In this document: one piece after another, positions 35,254-45,062 of the stretch
Layout: the number at the start of each line of letters is the position of its first letter
Numbering within the stretch: position 1 is the stretch's first letter
DNA from: an uncultured Bacteroidales bacterium
GTDB taxonomy: Bacteria > Bacteroidota > Bacteroidia > Bacteroidales > WCHB1-69
Assembly (NCBI GenBank): GCA_905233745.1
Contig: CAJODA010000001.1
Location: 7,855 to 71,854 of the forward strand
Direction of reading: 5' to 3'
Length of the DNA: 64,000 nucleotides
Notes under the pieces: model-generated
What the model saw: the letters and a program-made list of their open reading frames with translations, nothing else
Database searches by the model: none
Told to the model about the DNA's origin: nothing
Made by a program: the position numbers and the translations under genes

Positions 35254-36466
35254 TTAAATTGTACTCCTTGATTTTACGATAGAGTGTGCGTTCTGAGATT
35301 TTAAGTTCCTCCGCCGCAAGCTTGCGGTTGTTATTGTTGCGCTCCAGGGCCTTAATGATGGCGGTCTTGTTGAGAGCGCCCAACGACAAGTCGCTCTCTT
35401 CAATGATGATGGGTTCATCGTAATGGGGTTCAGGGGCGCCCTTTTCCTCCACTGCGGTATGGGTTATCTGATAATCCAACTCATTGTCTTCCAGCGGATA
35501 ATTTTTCAAGACAGCACGTTGCGGAGCAGGCATGCCGCCTGTCATCAGATGGTTTACAACCGTTTTCAATTCCGATATCTCGCGCTGCATTTCAGCGATG
35601 AACTTAAAGAGTATCTCGCGCTGGAAAGCGTCATTGTTATCGCTACCGGTGCGCACCAAAGCAGGCAGGTTGGAGTCCGCGGGCGACACCAAATATGGTT
35701 TGAGCGTCTGGGCATCAATGTTACGGCTCTTCTCCAGGATGGAAAGCTGCTCGGTCACATTCTTGAGCTGGCGGATGTTACCCGGCCAGCGGTAGCGCTT
35801 CAGCTCCTCTATGGCATCATCCGTCAGCGTAAGGGCCGGACACCGGTACTTTGCGGAAAAATCGCTGGCAAACTTCACGAACAGCGGATATATGTCCTCC
35901 TGACGCTCACGCAGGGCGGGCAGGTGGATAACGACAGAACTGAGCCGGTAGTAGAGATCCTCGCGAAATTTCCCGTTGGCAATGCGGTCGGCAATGTTCA
36001 CATTGGTGGCAGCCACAACACGCACATTGGTGGTCTGCACTTTTGACGAGCCCACCCGTATGAATTCGCCGTTCTCCAGCACACGAAGCAAACGCACCTG
36101 TGTGGCCAGAGGCAGGTCGGCGACCTCGTCCAGGAAGATTGTGCCGCCATCAGCCACCTCAAAATAGCCCTTACGGGCTTCCACAGCACCCGTAAAGGCA
36201 CCTTTCTCATGACCGAACAACTCCGAATCCATCGTACCCTCCGGAATGGCTCCGCAGTTCACCGCAATATACTTGCCCGTCTTCCGAGGACTATTGTCAT
36301 GAATAATGCGGGGGAAATTTTCCTTGCCAACTCCGCTCTCGCCGGTTATCAGCACAGACAAGTCGGTAGCAGCCACCTGGACGGCCACATCAATGGCACG
36401 TTCCAAGGCAGGGTCGAAACCGATAATATTGTATCGACGCTTGATGGCATCAAAATTGGTACTCAT
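35243..36466 (-). CDS. Sigma-54-dependent transcriptional activator (bacterial enhancer-binding protein) without an N-terminal receiver or sensor domain
   Basis: The AAA+ domain starts at about aa 10. Motifs: ITGESGVGKE (Walker A), GAFTGA (sigma-54 contact loop), IFLDEV (Walker B), and a C-terminal HTH ..AAEELKISERTLYRKIKEY. Confidence 0.9.
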   Translation of the reverse strand: MSTNFDAIKRRYNIIGFDPALERAIDVAVQVAATDLSVLITGESGVGKENFPRIIHDNSPRKTGKYIAVNCGAIPEGTMDSELFGHEKGAFTGAVEARKGYFEVADGGTIFLDEVADLPLATQVRLLRVLENGEFIRVGSSKVQTTNVRVVAATNVNIADRIANGKFREDLYYRLSSVVIHLPALRERQEDIYPLFVKFASDFSAKYRCPALTLTDDAIEELKRYRWPGNIRQLKNVTEQLSILEKSRNIDAQTLKPYLVSPADSNLPALVRTGSDNNDAFQREILFKFIAEMQREISELKTVVNHLMTGGMPAPQRAVLKNYPLEDNELDYQITHTAVEEKGAPEPHYDEPIIIEESDLSLGALNKTAIIKALERNNNNRKLAAEELKISERTLYRKIKEYNLNDK

Positions 36467-36489
36467 GTACAATTCTCTTTTAAAGGTCG

Positions 36490-36497
36490 CAAAAATA
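36490..36497 (-). promoter_or_regulatory. Bacteroides-type -7 box for the sigma-54 activator operon
   Basis: The plus strand reads CAAAAATA, 24 nt upstream of the 36466 start. Confidence 0.45.
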
Positions 36498-36510
36498 CAA
36501 AAAAAAAGCA

Positions 36511-36518
36511 TACTTTTG
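36511..36518 (+). promoter_or_regulatory. Bacteroides-type -7 box (TActTTTG) for the zinc metallopeptidase gene
   Basis: Exact TAnnTTTG match, 32 nt upstream of the ATG at 36550. Confidence 0.45.
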
Positions 36519-36549
36519 CGCCGCAAATAACCCTCAAGATAAACGTCTC

Positions 36550-37239
36550 ATGTATTGGTTCATCTTTATCGCTTTAATGGTTTTAAGTCTGGTGGTCAGC
36601 AAAGTGCTGAATGCCCGTATTGAAAAATATTCCAAAATCCGGCTTTCAAGCGGTCTCACCGGTCGCGAGGTGGCCGAGAAGATGCTGCGCGACAACGGGA
36701 TATATGATGTTCATGTTATTAGCGTGAATGGCCGCCTCACCGACCATTACAATCCTCAGGACAAGACGGTGAATCTGAGTGAAGGCGTATATGCCAGCAA
36801 CAGCATTGCCGCCGCCGCTGTGGCCGCTCACGAGTGCGGACATGCCGTGCAGCACGCCACCGCCTACCGCTGGCTGGCCATGCGTAGCCGTATGGTGCCT
36901 GCGGTGCAGTTCGGTTCCCAATGGTCTCAGTGGATCCTGCTGGCCGGCATTATCCTTCTCAGCTTCTCATCCATCATCGGACGATGGGTGCTTTTCGTCG
37001 GCATTGCCCTCTTCGCCCTCACCACCCTCTTCTCCATCATCACCCTGCCCGTGGAGTACAACGCTTCCGCCCGCGCCGTAGCATGGCTTGAAGATACCGG
37101 CATTACCGTCGGCGAGGAGACCGAAATGGCCAAAGACGCCCTAAATTGGGCCGCCAGGACCTATCTTATCGCAGCCATCTCCTCCCTTGCCACCCTACTC
37201 TATTACATTTATATCGCACTGGCGGCTAACCGGAGATAA
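36550..37239 (+). CDS. Membrane zinc metallopeptidase (YugP / Zn_peptidase_2 family)
   Basis: TGREVAEKML..DHYNPQDKTVNLSEGVY..AAAVAAHECGHAVQH (HExxH), plus C-terminal TM helices. Confidence 0.8.
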   Translation: MYWFIFIALMVLSLVVSKVLNARIEKYSKIRLSSGLTGREVAEKMLRDNGIYDVHVISVNGRLTDHYNPQDKTVNLSEGVYASNSIAAAAVAAHECGHAVQHATAYRWLAMRSRMVPAVQFGSQWSQWILLAGIILLSFSSIIGRWVLFVGIALFALTTLFSIITLPVEYNASARAVAWLEDTGITVGEETEMAKDALNWAARTYLIAAISSLATLLYYIYIALAANRR

Positions 37240-37269
37240 TTTATTCAGAACGCCAAAACCTTTGTTCCT

Positions 37270-38364
37270 ATGAAAAAAATCACGTTTATCCTTGTCACCC
37301 TGGCCCTTTGCGCCAATTTCTGCTATGCCCAACAGAATGTGTTCCCGCTTCCACTCGATAACAAAACGACCATCAAAGGAAACACCTTCCGGTATGCGCT
37401 GCCCATAACTGCCATCAAGATGACCGTAACCGTGGCCGAGGTCCAGGAGTTCAAAGGCTATTACGCCGACTATGCCCAAAGCCTTTTGGGACTCTCCAAC
37501 ATCATCACCGAAAACAAAACCTACTTCGCTTTGAAGGACATCTCTGTCGCTGCTGTTGAGGTTCCTGACTTCTCCAACACCTATCTGGTTGTCATGTCCG
37601 CACAGCAGATTAAGGATAACATGCCGGCCAAACTGACCGAATGCAGACCCGACTATCCCGATGTTCTCTTCACAAACAGCTACAACAGCAAAACAGCAAC
37701 ACCGCCTGACTTCTTCAGAAATTATTCAGACTTGACCTACACCCAAACCGAGGATGCCTTTGTGGAGACTAAAATCATTGACGGTGTGGTGACACAGATA
37801 CCCTCCAACCGTACCAAAACTGTTTCCAAGACAAACAGTCAGAAAGCCCAGGAGGCCGCCGATGCTATCAGCAAGAGCCGCAAGGACCAGTACAATCTGA
37901 TTTCCGGCGAGCACGAGACCCCCTACACTGCTGAAACCATTGAGACCATGCTTCGAGAGCTCAAAAAGTGGGAGAACAACTACCTCAGTCTCTTTACGGG
38001 TATAAAGCTGGAAAACGAGAAAACGTACACATTCTATGTGGTTCCCGACTCAAAGCAGCCTACACCCGCATTTGCCTTCAGCGCACAGGAAGGACTCTCC
38101 TTGGAGAATCTCACCACCAGCGCCAACGTATATAGTGTTGGCATTCAACCGTTGTTCCCCGCGCCGATCAACGGGACTACCGAATTGCCAATCGCAGACG
38201 GTTACCGCTACCGCAATCCCGAGCCTGCCCAGGTCGCCTTGTGGCACGGAACAGACAAGATGTTTGACTTCGGCATTCTCAACATACTCCAATTGGGTGA
38301 CATCCAGACACTCCCCTCTAAACAAGACCAAATTGACATCAAGAAAATCGGTTTTGTCTTCTAA
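37270..38364 (+). CDS. Secreted hypothetical protein (possibly DUF4831 family)
   Basis: Signal peptide MKKITFILVTLALCANFCYAQ, 364 aa. The family assignment is from memory only. Confidence 0.4.
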   Translation: MKKITFILVTLALCANFCYAQQNVFPLPLDNKTTIKGNTFRYALPITAIKMTVTVAEVQEFKGYYADYAQSLLGLSNIITENKTYFALKDISVAAVEVPDFSNTYLVVMSAQQIKDNMPAKLTECRPDYPDVLFTNSYNSKTATPPDFFRNYSDLTYTQTEDAFVETKIIDGVVTQIPSNRTKTVSKTNSQKAQEAADAISKSRKDQYNLISGEHETPYTAETIETMLRELKKWENNYLSLFTGIKLENEKTYTFYVVPDSKQPTPAFAFSAQEGLSLENLTTSANVYSVGIQPLFPAPINGTTELPIADGYRYRNPEPAQVALWHGTDKMFDFGILNILQLGDIQTLPSKQDQIDIKKIGFVF

Positions 38365-38375
38365 AACCACACCGT

Positions 38376-38900
38376 ATGAAGAAACTTTTTCTTTTTGCAT
38401 TTTCCATACTTATAGTCTGCTCCTTTAGCGGGTGCAAGAACCACGCAGCCAACAAACTGAAACGGCAGATGAAGCCCTTTGCCAAATCCTACCTCAAAAC
38501 AGAGAGGATTGTCGGCTACGATTCCCTGACCATTGACTGCGTGGACACCATTACTGAAATGGGATATGCCAGACTCAACGTGGAGCTGCTTACGCAAATG
38601 GAAGCCTCATATCAACAGCAATACGAGCAGGCTGTGTCGGAAGACAAAGGACAGACATTGGAGTATTTGAGTCTGTACATCAACGAAATCGGCCGCACCA
38701 AAGCAGATTTTGAAGACCTGATGGAAAACGGGGACTTAAAAGAGGACGGCATTTTGCTGTACATGGTGTCGGGGCATTATTTTAAAGATAACGAGCGGGT
38801 CCCGTTCATCTTCTTTGTAACCGCCGACAAACGGAAGATACACACGCTTGACCCGTTTGGCGACAATCTCTTGTACAAGGACGAATCAACCGGAAAATAA
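38376..38900 (+). CDS. Hypothetical lipoprotein
   Basis: Lipobox FSGCKN, 174 aa. No family recognised. Confidence 0.5.
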   Translation: MKKLFLFAFSILIVCSFSGCKNHAANKLKRQMKPFAKSYLKTERIVGYDSLTIDCVDTITEMGYARLNVELLTQMEASYQQQYEQAVSEDKGQTLEYLSLYINEIGRTKADFEDLMENGDLKEDGILLYMVSGHYFKDNERVPFIFFVTADKRKIHTLDPFGDNLLYKDESTGK

Positions 38901-39850
38901 TGGTTTATCCATGGGGTGACACGCGACGTTTCAACGCGGCCAGCCGTTTCATGCGCGAACATTTTGGCGGACGCATGCAAAGACTTGCCCTTGACGCTGG
39001 ATTCACGTGTCCCAACCGGGATGGCACTTCCGGCTTGAACGGTTGTACCTATTGCCTCAACCCCGCTTTCAATCCGGCCTACTGTACCCCCAAAAAAAGC
39101 ATCACCCAACAGTTGGACGACGGCATACTCTTCCACGGGCGACGGCGAGGCTCCACACACGGCTATCTCGCGTACTTCCAAGCATTCTCCAACACATACG
39201 CACCCCTGGATTCACTAAAATCCCGATACGAGGAAGCTCTTAGCCACCCCTGGGTTCGCGGACTCATCATCGCTACCCGCCCAGACTGTATTGGGGAGGA
39301 GGTGTTGGATTATTTGGAGGAATTGCAGCAACGCACTTTCATTTCAGTGGAAATCGGCATTGAGAGCTGTCGTGACAACACACTCCGCCGCATCCGACGC
39401 GGCCACGACTACGCCTGTGCGGCCCATGCCATCAAGCGCTGTCACGCCCACCATATACCCGTAGGCACACACCTCATCTTCGGTCTGCCAGGCGAGAGCC
39501 CTGACAACTGGCTCGAAGATGTGGCACTCATCAACAGCCTCCCCTTGCACAGCATCAAATTCCACCAGCTCCAAATATTAAAGGGCACCCCCATGGAACA
39601 TGAATACCGGGAGTGCCCTCAATCTTTCCATCTTTTCGATCCGGAAAGCTATATCGACTTTATTGCCAGTTACCTCGAGCGACTGCGTTCAGACATCATC
39701 ATCGACCGCCTGGCTGGAGAGGTGCCCCCGCAGTATCTTGCCTTTTCTCTTTGGCATCATCTCCGATACGAAGATATTGTCAAGCGCGTAGAGGAGGCAT
39801 TGGAAGCGCGCGGGACCTGGCAGGGGATTGACTACTCTTTGTGTCTGTAG
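38900..39850 (+). CDS. Radical SAM protein, TIGR01212 (YtqA/YhcC) family
   Basis: LALDAGFTCPNRDG....GCTYC cysteine motif. TAATG overlap with the upstream gene. Confidence 0.8.
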   Translation: MVYPWGDTRRFNAASRFMREHFGGRMQRLALDAGFTCPNRDGTSGLNGCTYCLNPAFNPAYCTPKKSITQQLDDGILFHGRRRGSTHGYLAYFQAFSNTYAPLDSLKSRYEEALSHPWVRGLIIATRPDCIGEEVLDYLEELQQRTFISVEIGIESCRDNTLRRIRRGHDYACAAHAIKRCHAHHIPVGTHLIFGLPGESPDNWLEDVALINSLPLHSIKFHQLQILKGTPMEHEYRECPQSFHLFDPESYIDFIASYLERLRSDIIIDRLAGEVPPQYLAFSLWHHLRYEDIVKRVEEALEARGTWQGIDYSLCL

Positions 39851-41019
39851 GAATCCACTTTGGTTTTCAGTTCTTCCGGAACCGGAATCAGCAGTTTCAC
39901 TTTCAGCTGCTGCAGCATGATGTTGTTCTGACGATCGTCGGGATTGATCTGGTAAGCCTTTTCACTCCAGTCATGAGCGTTTTGTAAAACTGCTTTCTCA
40001 TCATTTCTCAACGTGGTCATCTCACTCCACTGTTTTGCATTCTTGGCAGCTTCAATTCTGTCCTCATAATCCACCACTTCCATGAAGTAACGGTAGGCCA
40101 TCTGGCTGTTCAATTTGAACTCATTAGGATTCGTTGCCAAAGCCGCAGTAAGGATTTCTTCCGCTTTTTCATAAGCCTTGAAGTTGCTCAGGTAGTTGGA
40201 GCAGTTAACGATAGTCGTCAGGTCACCAGGATTGTTTTTCAGCATCGTGTCGCAGAGTGCCATCAATTTGTCCTTCTGGTCCGTCATGGCAAAGTAGTTC
40301 ATCTGAGCCTCCACCAATTCGCCATGTTTATCAGCAGGAAGAGCTGCAAAACCCTTTTCAAGAATCTTGGCGCAGTTCACGGTATCCTTTTCATTCTGAT
40401 AGATATAATACAGCTCCGTATAGCAAGCGGGATAAGCGGCCGGGCTGCAAGCGATGGACTTCAGCAACGCACTCTTGTATTTGGCCGGGTCATTAAGTTT
40501 ACTGTAAACGAGAGCCAGTTGCAGATATGCGGCAGCGGCATTGTTGTTAACCTTAGCCAACTCATAGTTTTTGGCAGAGAGTTGGAAATATTTCACGGCA
40601 TCTTGATAATCGCCCTTCTCCTCTGCCTGCACACCCATGTTGTAGAACGGTTCGGCGCAGAGTTTCTGACCTGCGATGGCGCCCAACATACCTGTCTTAG
40701 GTTCCACTTTCGGGTCCAGTTCAAGTGCTTTGATGAAAGCCTCGTTGGCCGTAAGCAGGGCATCAGGGTAACGAGGGGTGGCATTCGGATCCGAAGCAAG
40801 CTTCTTCTGGTCCATATTATACAGATTCACATACACATTCGCTTTCATAAGCCAAACTTGTGCATTGTCTGGATTGGAGGCCATGCAACCCTCCAACAGT
40901 TTCTTTGCTTTGGGGGCCTGGTTCTGACGAAGGCACATCCATACGTCATCCAAGCAGGATTGTGAGAACAACGTAGTGCTGATCATTAATCCGACGATAA
41001 CAAGCATTAATTTTTTCAT
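39832..41019 (-). CDS. TPR-repeat secreted protein (395 aa)
   Basis: Signal peptide, then repeated TPR-like helices (AQVWLMKANVY.., DYQDAVKYFQLSAKNYE.., AYEKAEEILTAALATNP). Confidence 0.7.
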   Translation of the reverse strand: MKKLMLVIVGLMISTTLFSQSCLDDVWMCLRQNQAPKAKKLLEGCMASNPDNAQVWLMKANVYVNLYNMDQKKLASDPNATPRYPDALLTANEAFIKALELDPKVEPKTGMLGAIAGQKLCAEPFYNMGVQAEEKGDYQDAVKYFQLSAKNYELAKVNNNAAAAYLQLALVYSKLNDPAKYKSALLKSIACSPAAYPACYTELYYIYQNEKDTVNCAKILEKGFAALPADKHGELVEAQMNYFAMTDQKDKLMALCDTMLKNNPGDLTTIVNCSNYLSNFKAYEKAEEILTAALATNPNEFKLNSQMAYRYFMEVVDYEDRIEAAKNAKQWSEMTTLRNDEKAVLQNAHDWSEKAYQINPDDRQNNIMLQQLKVKLLIPVPEELKTKVDSYRHKE

Positions 41020-41054
41020 TTTTGTAAGTTTTTGATGATTAACAATATTCTTTT

Positions 41055-42242
41055 CTATTTCTTTATGCTATTTATAATTTGGTCGATTTCATCGTATTTC
41101 GGTGATTGTTGACGAGCGTAGATGGCACGCAGGGTGTTGAGGAGGTTCAAATCATGGGGTTCCATCAATCGGGCTCTCTCAAAATATCCGGCAGCTTTGT
41201 TCAAATGCTCGTCAGAAAGAGACTTGTAGTTGACTGCATTTTCATCGTTAGGATTAAAGACCGCCAATTTATTATACTGGTTGAACAGTTGCTCGGACAA
41301 GCTATATTCGCAAACACCCAGGTTATAGAGCACAACGAAGTTGCCGGCAGACAGAGTATTGGCCTTCTCCAACATGCGGATAGCATCTTCATAACGTTTC
41401 TCCTTGATGTAGCAGTTGGACAGATTGACCAACTCATCAGCGGTGTTGATGTCACGGGGCGAAATGGCGGACAACAGATTCCGGGCTTGAACAGTGTCGT
41501 TCTGCCAATAGTAGTAGTCAACCTCCGCCAGGCGCACACTGGTATTGTTCCCAAGTTTTGCCTTGGCAAGGTCAAGCATCTCCTTGGCCTTTTCAGCATT
41601 GTTCTCGGCCTTATAGGATTCTATCATGCGCACATACACGTAAGAGCTGGTGGACCCATCCCTGATTGCCTTTTCATAATAGGTGCGCACCTCGTCCTTT
41701 TGACCCAGCATCTCCAATGTATAGGCGTAATAATAGTAGATTTCCCCATTCATCGGATATTGCGGTGGCTGCTGCATCTCGTACGAAGCCATACTTTTTT
41801 CCAATGTGGATTTTGCCCCATTGTAATCATTGGCTATGAGTTGGTCAACGCCGCGAACCAACAAAAGCGGATAGAGTTGGGGCAACGCCTCCTTGGGAGA
41901 AAGCATGTCCATTGCCTCCACATTGGGGTTTAACTCCCTGGCCTTCACAAAGGCATCGTATGCCTCGATGGGAGTATCGGGATGGAGTATCTGATAGGAA
42001 CTATCCTTCTGTTTGGCTCCATACTCCTCGTTGGCAAGAAAGTAGCTGATATTGGCCTTATAAAGCCATGTCTGCGCCTTTGCCGACAGTTTCTCATCCT
42101 TAATGCAAAGGTCAATAGCATCATTGGCTTTTACGAAATTCTTGTCATAGAAGAAATTATACGCCTTGTTCAGCGACGGTTTCTGCGCAAGGGCACAGGT
42201 CATGAGAACAAGAGACAACAGCAGAAAAAAAGTTCTTTTCAT
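41055..42242 (-). CDS. TPR-repeat secreted protein (395 aa), a distant paralog of the neighbouring gene
   Basis: Signal peptide, then TPR-like helices (RYEDAIRMLEKANTLSAGNFVVLYNLGVCEY..). Confidence 0.7.
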   Translation of the reverse strand: MKRTFFLLLSLVLMTCALAQKPSLNKAYNFFYDKNFVKANDAIDLCIKDEKLSAKAQTWLYKANISYFLANEEYGAKQKDSSYQILHPDTPIEAYDAFVKARELNPNVEAMDMLSPKEALPQLYPLLLVRGVDQLIANDYNGAKSTLEKSMASYEMQQPPQYPMNGEIYYYYAYTLEMLGQKDEVRTYYEKAIRDGSTSSYVYVRMIESYKAENNAEKAKEMLDLAKAKLGNNTSVRLAEVDYYYWQNDTVQARNLLSAISPRDINTADELVNLSNCYIKEKRYEDAIRMLEKANTLSAGNFVVLYNLGVCEYSLSEQLFNQYNKLAVFNPNDENAVNYKSLSDEHLNKAAGYFERARLMEPHDLNLLNTLRAIYARQQSPKYDEIDQIINSIKK

Positions 42243-42260
42243 TTTTATATACGGTATAAA

Positions 42261-44840
42261 TTAATTATCACCATTATCACCATTATCCACATTTTCTCCG
42301 CCTTCGACGACTTCGCCTCCTTCACCCATTTCACCGACTTCACTTCCTTCAACCATCTCGTCGCCTTCTTCCAGTTCTTCATCATCCTGACGAGGTACAA
42401 CGCAAACGGCGGCGATGATATCATTCTTGCGGAGATCGATAAGTTTTACTCCTTGGGTGTTACGGCCCAGGATGCGCAATTCATCCACATGGAGACGAAT
42501 GGCGATACCGGAACGGTTAATAATCATGAGATCGTCCTCGTCGGTCACGCACTTCATGGCAATCAGCTTGCCGGTCTTCTCTGTGATTTTGATTGTGCTG
42601 ACACCTTTACCGCCTCTATGGGTGATGCGGTAGTCTTCCAACAGCGACCGTTTCCCATAGCCGGCCTCAGACACGATGAGGATATGGCTGTCGGGGTTGT
42701 CCACGCAGAGCACACCCACGATCTTGTCATCAGGGCCTGCCAGCGTAACGCCCTTGACACCGGATGCCGTACGGCCCATTGCGCGCATCTCTTCACTCTC
42801 TTTGAAGCGGATAGCACGACCAGAGTGGAGAGCCAGCATCATATCGCTGTTACCGTCGGTAAAACGAGCGGCAATCAGGCGGTCGCCCTCGCGCACATTG
42901 ATGGCAATGATACCCTTCTTGCGCGGATGCGAGTATGCTTCAATCGAGGTTTTCTTGATGATACCCTTCTCGGTACAGAGCACCACGTAATGGTTATTGA
43001 TATAATCAGGATCGGTAATGGACGTAAGATTGATGATAGAGGCAATCTTGTCATCCTCCTCGATTTGCAGAATATTCTGCACGGCACGACCTTTAGAGGT
43101 CTTTACACCTTCAGGGATTTCGAACACACGGAGCCAGAAGCACTTACCCTTCTCAGTAAAGAAGAGCAGATAGTTGTGGTTCGTAGCCATATAGAGATGT
43201 TCGATAAAGTCCTCCTCGCGGGAACTTCCGCCGCGCGAACCCTTACCACCGCGGTTCTGAACCTTGTATTCAGCCAGCGGGGTACGCTTGATGTATCCCA
43301 AGTGGGAAATGGTGATCACCACCTCTTCGTCGGCGATAGTGTCCTCCACGCGGAACTCAGAAGCATCCAGTTCAATCGGGGAGCGACGTGCATCACCATA
43401 ACGGTTCTTAATTTCCTGAAGCTCATTCTTGATGATTTCCATGCGGAGATGCTCGTCAGCCAGCACATCCTGCAGGTATTTGATCAGTTTCTCCAGTTCG
43501 GCATATTCATTCTGAAGCTTCTCGCGCTCCAGTCCGGTCAGCTGACGGAGACGCATCTCAACGATAGCTTTGGCCTGCAACTCGGTGAAGCCCCATTTTT
43601 CCATCAGACCGTTCTGAGCCTCCTGTACGGTCTGCGAAGCCCGGATCAAGGCGATTACCTCATCGATGATATCCAGCGCCTTCAGGAAGCCTTCAAGAAT
43701 ATGGGCACGGGCCTGGGCCTTCTTGAGATCGAACTGCGCACGACGAATGACCACCTGATGGCGGTGTTTCACATACTCCACAATCATATCCTTGAGATTC
43801 AGCGTCATCGGGCGTCCGTTGACGAGAGCCACGTTATTCACGCTGAAAGCGGATTGCAATGCGGTCATCTGGTACAGCTTGTTCAGCACCACCTCAGGCA
43901 CAACATCTTTGCGAAGATCATACACAATGCGGGTGCCGTTGCGCTTGTTGCTCAGATTCTCGATATTGGTGATTCCCACAATCTTATCATCCTTCACCAA
44001 ATCCACAGTATGCTTGATCATATCCGAGGGGTTGACCATATACGGGAGGGAAGTCACGATGATACGATTGCGGTTCTTGTCGGTTTCTATTTCGGCATGT
44101 CCGCGCATCACGACTCTGCCGCGGCCGGTGTTGAAGGCCTCTTGGACACCCTGGCAGCCGTAGATCACGCATCCTGACGGAAAGTCGGGTGCCTTGATAT
44201 ACTGCATAAGCTCAGGGATGGTAATCTCATTGTTGTCGATGTATGCGCAAATACCGTCACATACTTCGCCAAGGTTGTGCGGAGCCATGTTGGTTGCCAT
44301 ACCCACAGCAATACCGGAAGCACCGTTCACCAGCAGGTTCGGGATTTTGGAGGGGAGCACGGTTGGTTCGGGAATAGAGTCATCGAAGTTGAGACTCATG
44401 TCCACGGTGTCCTTCTCGATGTCCGCCACCATGTCCTCAGCCGACTTGCGGAGACGGGCCTCAGTGTAACGCATAGCGGCCGGGCTGTCGCCGTCCACAG
44501 AACCGAAGTTACCCTGACCATCCACGAAAGGATAGCGCAGCGACCACGGTTGAGCCATACGGACCATAGCATCGTAAACCGCCGTATCGCCGTGGGGATG
44601 GTACTTACCCAGCACCTCACCGACAATTCTGGCGGACTTTTTATAAGGTTGGGAAGAGATGATGTTCATATCCCACATGGCGTAGATAATACGGCGCTGA
44701 ACAGGCTTCAGACCGTCGCGAACATCGGGCAGAGCACGAGACACAATAACGGACATAGAGTAGTCTATGTAGGCCGTTTTCATCTGATTCTCGATGTCAA
44801 CTTGCACAATTTTCTCTCCTAAAGTTTCTTCTTCTGTCAT
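42261..44840 (-). CDS. gyrA: DNA gyrase subunit A with an acidic repetitive C-terminal tail
   Basis: [52 protein letters not shown]. The tail is [41 protein letters not shown]. Confidence 0.95.
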   Translation of the reverse strand: MTEEETLGEKIVQVDIENQMKTAYIDYSMSVIVSRALPDVRDGLKPVQRRIIYAMWDMNIISSQPYKKSARIVGEVLGKYHPHGDTAVYDAMVRMAQPWSLRYPFVDGQGNFGSVDGDSPAAMRYTEARLRKSAEDMVADIEKDTVDMSLNFDDSIPEPTVLPSKIPNLLVNGASGIAVGMATNMAPHNLGEVCDGICAYIDNNEITIPELMQYIKAPDFPSGCVIYGCQGVQEAFNTGRGRVVMRGHAEIETDKNRNRIIVTSLPYMVNPSDMIKHTVDLVKDDKIVGITNIENLSNKRNGTRIVYDLRKDVVPEVVLNKLYQMTALQSAFSVNNVALVNGRPMTLNLKDMIVEYVKHRHQVVIRRAQFDLKKAQARAHILEGFLKALDIIDEVIALIRASQTVQEAQNGLMEKWGFTELQAKAIVEMRLRQLTGLEREKLQNEYAELEKLIKYLQDVLADEHLRMEIIKNELQEIKNRYGDARRSPIELDASEFRVEDTIADEEVVITISHLGYIKRTPLAEYKVQNRGGKGSRGGSSREEDFIEHLYMATNHNYLLFFTEKGKCFWLRVFEIPEGVKTSKGRAVQNILQIEEDDKIASIINLTSITDPDYINNHYVVLCTEKGIIKKTSIEAYSHPRKKGIIAINVREGDRLIAARFTDGNSDMMLALHSGRAIRFKESEEMRAMGRTASGVKGVTLAGPDDKIVGVLCVDNPDSHILIVSEAGYGKRSLLEDYRITHRGGKGVSTIKITEKTGKLIAMKCVTDEDDLMIINRSGIAIRLHVDELRILGRNTQGVKLIDLRKNDIIAAVCVVPRQDDEELEEGDEMVEGSEVGEMGEGGEVVEGGENVDNGDNGDN

Positions 44841-45038
44841 TTTGTCGATTTTTAGTTTCTTCTAAATTATTGTATATAAGATAGTTGGTTTTTACACAAA
44901 TAAGGCACGAAAATACTAAAAATTTTGGAACCCCGCCATAATCCCGCTCATTTTTTTTGATATTCCACACCACGCGGCCAACTGTCATTCGGGGAGACGA
45001 CCGGCTTGCGCACCCTGACAGAATCTCCATTTTTTTTG

Positions 45039-45046
45039 TACTTTTG
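45039..45046 (+). promoter_or_regulatory. Bacteroides-type -7 box (TActTTTG) for clpC
   Basis: Exact match, 17 nt upstream of the ATG at 45063. This argues against the longer ORF starting at 45006. Confidence 0.45.
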
Positions 45047-45062
45047 CCGCAAATTTTTTAAA

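Noticed and set aside
41982-44177. A 731-aa plus-strand ORF, the third-longest in the ORF track
   Set aside because: It lies entirely antisense to gyrA and the adjacent TPR gene, both of which have unmistakable protein signatures. Its translation is low-complexity (His/Leu/Val/Asp-rich) with no recognisable motif. This is typical of the open antisense frame of a highly expressed gene.
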